From Neoechinorhynchus agilis (Eukaryota; Animalia; Acanthocephala), in contig CM121341.1 of the NCBI GenBank assembly GCA_051530055.1, forward strand, positions 9,526,784-9,590,783: 64,000 nucleotides of DNA. Direction: 5' to 3'. Position 1 is the first letter of the stretch, and every line of letters starts with the position of its first letter. The notes below the pieces were generated by a model. It worked only from the letters and a program-made list of their open reading frames with translations. It was not told the origin of the DNA and searched no databases. This document shows positions 60,995 to 64,000 of this stretch, piece by piece. Made by a program: the position numbers and the translations under genes.

Positions 60995-61105
60995 AATCAT
61001 TTTCGGCCTTTGCTTAGGCCTTCTTTAGTCTATTGTTTTCGGAGGTTGTATTTTATTCCGAAAACAACCGACTGAAGAATGAATACGCGAAGGCAGAAAA
61101 TTATC
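60995..61105. repeat. Imperfect palindrome of about 110 bp made of two decayed hammerhead-like motifs
   Basis: Minus strand CTAAAGA-A-GGCC-TAAGCAAA-GGCC-GAAA (61028-61001) and plus strand CTGAAGA-A-..AAGGCA-GAAA-ATT (61072-61102), around the hairpin TGTTTTCGGA/TCCGAAAACA. Confidence 0.5.
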
Positions 61106-61121
61106 AATTAAATTATTTATA

Positions 61122-61341
61122 TCATAGAGAATTGTCGTCGGGGTGAATTTGATTCGAATTTGGCGATGAATTTCCCCCGGATTGTTGATGGTGTTGATCA
61201 TTTATTTTAAAATATTTCATAATGCTTACGACGACTTGCAAACAATATAACTGAAGAGGTAAGCAAAACAAGTTTACGAAATATTTTAAAATAAATGATC
61301 AACAACAATTTCGGGGGGGGGGAAACATCGCCAAACTCGAA
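61122..61341 (+). mobile_element. Fold-back element with central hammerhead motif, copy 2
   Basis: Inverted arms 61153-61218 and 61278-61341, with the inner 26 bp perfect, a 59-nt spacer and a 30-nt one-sided tail shared with copy 1. Confidence 0.8.
61248..61288 (+). ncRNA. Minimal type I hammerhead ribozyme motif
   Basis: TAA-CTGAAGA-G-GTAAGC-AAAACAA-GTTTAC-GAAA-TAT-T-TTA. It has a 6-bp helix II (one G-U), palindromic AUAU helix III and 3-bp helix I, then AATAAA. Confidence 0.7.
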
Positions 61342-61929
61342 ATAAATTTTTCTAATACTCACTGCGTTACAACCATTTTGACTTTAAAAAGAAGGTACTC
61401 ATATCGCATGATTAAGCTTTATAGTCTCTAAATCCATTATCGAGGAAGGCATTGAAGCAACTGGGAAAACACAACGGAATTCGGTTTGACCTTTTTTGTT
61501 ACTTATCGTGATTGTTTTTTGAACGAATTATTTTTTAAGCTAAAAAATAAGCGTGAATGGTTGCGTATTCGATAGCGATAAGAAAATAGCGATTTGGGAT
61601 CATATTCCAAGTTTAACAGAGATCTTCAGGTATTAAAAGCCACCACAAAAATCAATTTGAGGTTAAAAATAAGGATTTAACGAATCCACGAATGATGACT
61701 CTACAAGAAACTATACAAATGTTAAAATCGATTAAACTTTGCGGAAATTCTGTATTGACACCAAATCTACCATTGCTGAAAGAAAAAAGGTTCGCTAATA
61801 GTCTTCAATAAAAAGATCAGTGAGTCTATCAGCGCTTACAGAAGTGTAGGTCAAAGAATTATAAGAAAGCTGATTGCGTTTTTTGTAGCCTTTTCTCCCT
61901 TACACGACTGATTATCTTCCTCAGGCACG

Positions 61930-64000
61930 CAACCAACCGATCTTTTACATCGTAGAAGCGCATAAAATCACTTTGACTCTCAAAAACTTACGGTTATGAG
62001 TTTTGTACGAATCTGTTCGGATCCTGCCGAGAAAGAGAGTTTCCCCTTCGCTTCAACGAGGTATTTCGTCCCCTTTTTCTTTGTGAGCCATCTTCGATCG
62101 TGGATTTTGAACCTTTTGACTCACTTAAACAGGGATTAAGGCCAAAAGTCCACTTGACCACTCCTTGGTGGTAAGCGTTGATTTTCTTTAATGGTTTACG
62201 GACGAGCCGGTGTTTTTTATGGAAAATTTCTTACTTGGCTTATTTCGAACATTTTGGACACCCAACCAACCGATCTTTTACATCGTAGAAGCGCATAAAA
62301 TCACTTTGACTCTCAAAAACTTACGGTTATGAGTTTTGTAGGAATCTGTTCGGATCCTCCCGAGAAGGATAGTTCCCCTTCCCTTCAACGAGGTATTTCG
62401 TCCCCTTTTTCTTTGTGAGCCATCTTCGATCGTGGATTTTGAACCTTTTGACTCACTTAAACAGGGATTAAGGCCAAAAGTCCACTTGACCACTCCTTGG
62501 TGGTAAGCGTTGATTTTCTTTAATGGTTTACGGACGAGCCGGTGTTTTTTATGGAAAATTTCTTACTTGGCTTATTTCGAACATTTTGGACACCCAACCA
62601 ACCGATCTTTTACATCGTAGAAGCGCATAAAATCACTTTGACTCTCAAAAACTTACCCTCCCGAGAAAGAGAGTTTCCCCTTCCCTTCAACGAGGTATTT
62701 CGTCCCCTTTTTCTTTGTGAGCCATCTTCGATCGTGGATTTTGAACCTTTTGACTCACTTAAACAGGGATTAAGGCCAAAAGTCCACTTGACCACTCCTT
62801 GGTGGTAAGCGTTGATTTTCTTTAATGGTTTACGGACGAGCCGGTGTTTTATGGAAAATTTCTTACTTGGCTTATTTCGAACATTTTGGACACCCAATCA
62901 ACCGATCTTTTACATCGTAGAAGCGCATAAAATCACTTTGACTCTCAAAAACTTACGGTTATGAGTTTTGTAGGAATCTGTTCGGATCCTCCCGAGAAAG
63001 AGAGTTTCCTCTTCGCTTCAACGAGGTATTTCGTCCCCTTTTTCTTTGTGAGCCATCTTCGATCGTGGATTTTGAACCTTTTGACTCACTTAAACAGGGA
63101 TTAAGGCCAAAAGTCCACTTGACCACTCCTTGGTGGTAAGCGTTGATTTTCTTTAATGGTTTACGGACGAGCCGGTGTTTTTTATGGAAAATTTCTTACT
63201 TGGCTTATTTCGAACATTTTGGACACCCAACCAACCGATCTTTTACATCGTAGAAGCGCATAAAATCACTTTGACTCTCAAAAACTTTCCTCCCGAGAAA
63301 GAGAGTTTCCCCTTCGCTTCAACGAGGTATTTCGTCCCCTTTTTCTTTGTGAGCCATCTTCGATCGTGGATTTTGAACCTTTTGACTCACTTAAACAGGG
63401 ATTAAGGCCAAAAGTCCACTTGACCACTCCTTGGTGGTAAGCGTTGATTTTCTTTAATGGTTTACGGACGAGCCGGTGTTTTTTATGGAAAATTTCTTAC
63501 TTGGCTTATTTCGAACATTTTGGACACCCAATCAACCGATCTTTTACATCGTAGAAGCGCATAAAATCACTTTGACTCTCAAAAACTTACGGTTATGAGT
63601 TTTGTAGGAATCTGTTCGGATCCTGCCGAGAAAGAGAGTTTCCCCTTCCCTTCAACGAGGTATTTCGTCCCCTTTTTCTTTGTGAGCCATCTTCGATCGT
63701 GGATTTTGAACCTTTTGACTCACTTAAACAGGGATTAAGGCCAAAAGTCCACTTGACCACTCCTTGGTGGTAAGCGTTGATTTTCTTTAATGGTTTACGG
63801 ACGAGCCGGTGTTTTTTATGGAAAATTTCTTACTTGGCTTATTTCGAACATTTTGGACACCCAATCAACCGATCTTTTACATCGTAGAAGCGCATAAAAT
63901 CACTTTGACTCTCAAAAACTTACGGTTATGAGTTTTGTACGAATCTGTTCGGATCCTCCCGAGAAAGAGAGTTTTCTCTTCGCTTCAACGAGGTATTTCG
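61930..64000. repeat. Tandem array G, dimorphic 333/300-bp units, runs off the window end
   Basis: CAACCGATC anchor spacings are 333, 332, 300, 333, 301, 333. The short unit lacks about 32 bp. Confidence 0.97.

Noticed and set aside
29885-64000. ORFs inside arrays C, D, E and G (e.g. 29885, 37262, 39618-40280, 62278-63405)
   Set aside because: They recur with the repeat period and are interrupted by unit-length variants, so they are not genes.

Overview
AT-rich eukaryotic DNA. It is almost certainly from a fast-evolving animal: it carries a TGF-beta type II receptor and short GT-AG introns of about 40-55 nt. I cannot name the species. Recognisable genes are a FoP/CHTOP-motif protein, two SMARCD/BAF60-like ORFs, a KIAA1143 (DUF4604) homolog, FAN1, VPS18, a secreted LRR protein, RBM34, PPM1A/B, a TGF-beta type II receptor kinase and TUBGCP4. 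There is also a small two-exon candidate that the ORF track missed. The first 18 kb is a graveyard of retroelements: several decayed CRE-clade (RT+RLE) non-LTR copies, two Penelope-like GIY-YIG remnants and one APE-type LINE. Seven unrelated, homogeneous tandem arrays (units about 102-333 bp) fill about 12 kb (about 19%), and several end within 100 bp of a start codon. The main unannotated signal is a set of minimal type I hammerhead ribozyme motifs. Four have intact cores (2517-2555 +, 5340-5369 +, 15598-15639 -, 61248-61288 +) and several are decayed. Two sit inside a roughly 200-220 bp fold-back element present twice, whose inverted arm is antisense to the ribozyme's own catalytic 3' half. 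A second signal is a splice-acceptor-like Y-rich YAG|A(C/T) motif 0-11 nt before seven start codons, which suggests spliced-leader trans-splicing. All homology calls come from motif recognition by eye, no searches were run, and exon boundaries are approximate.
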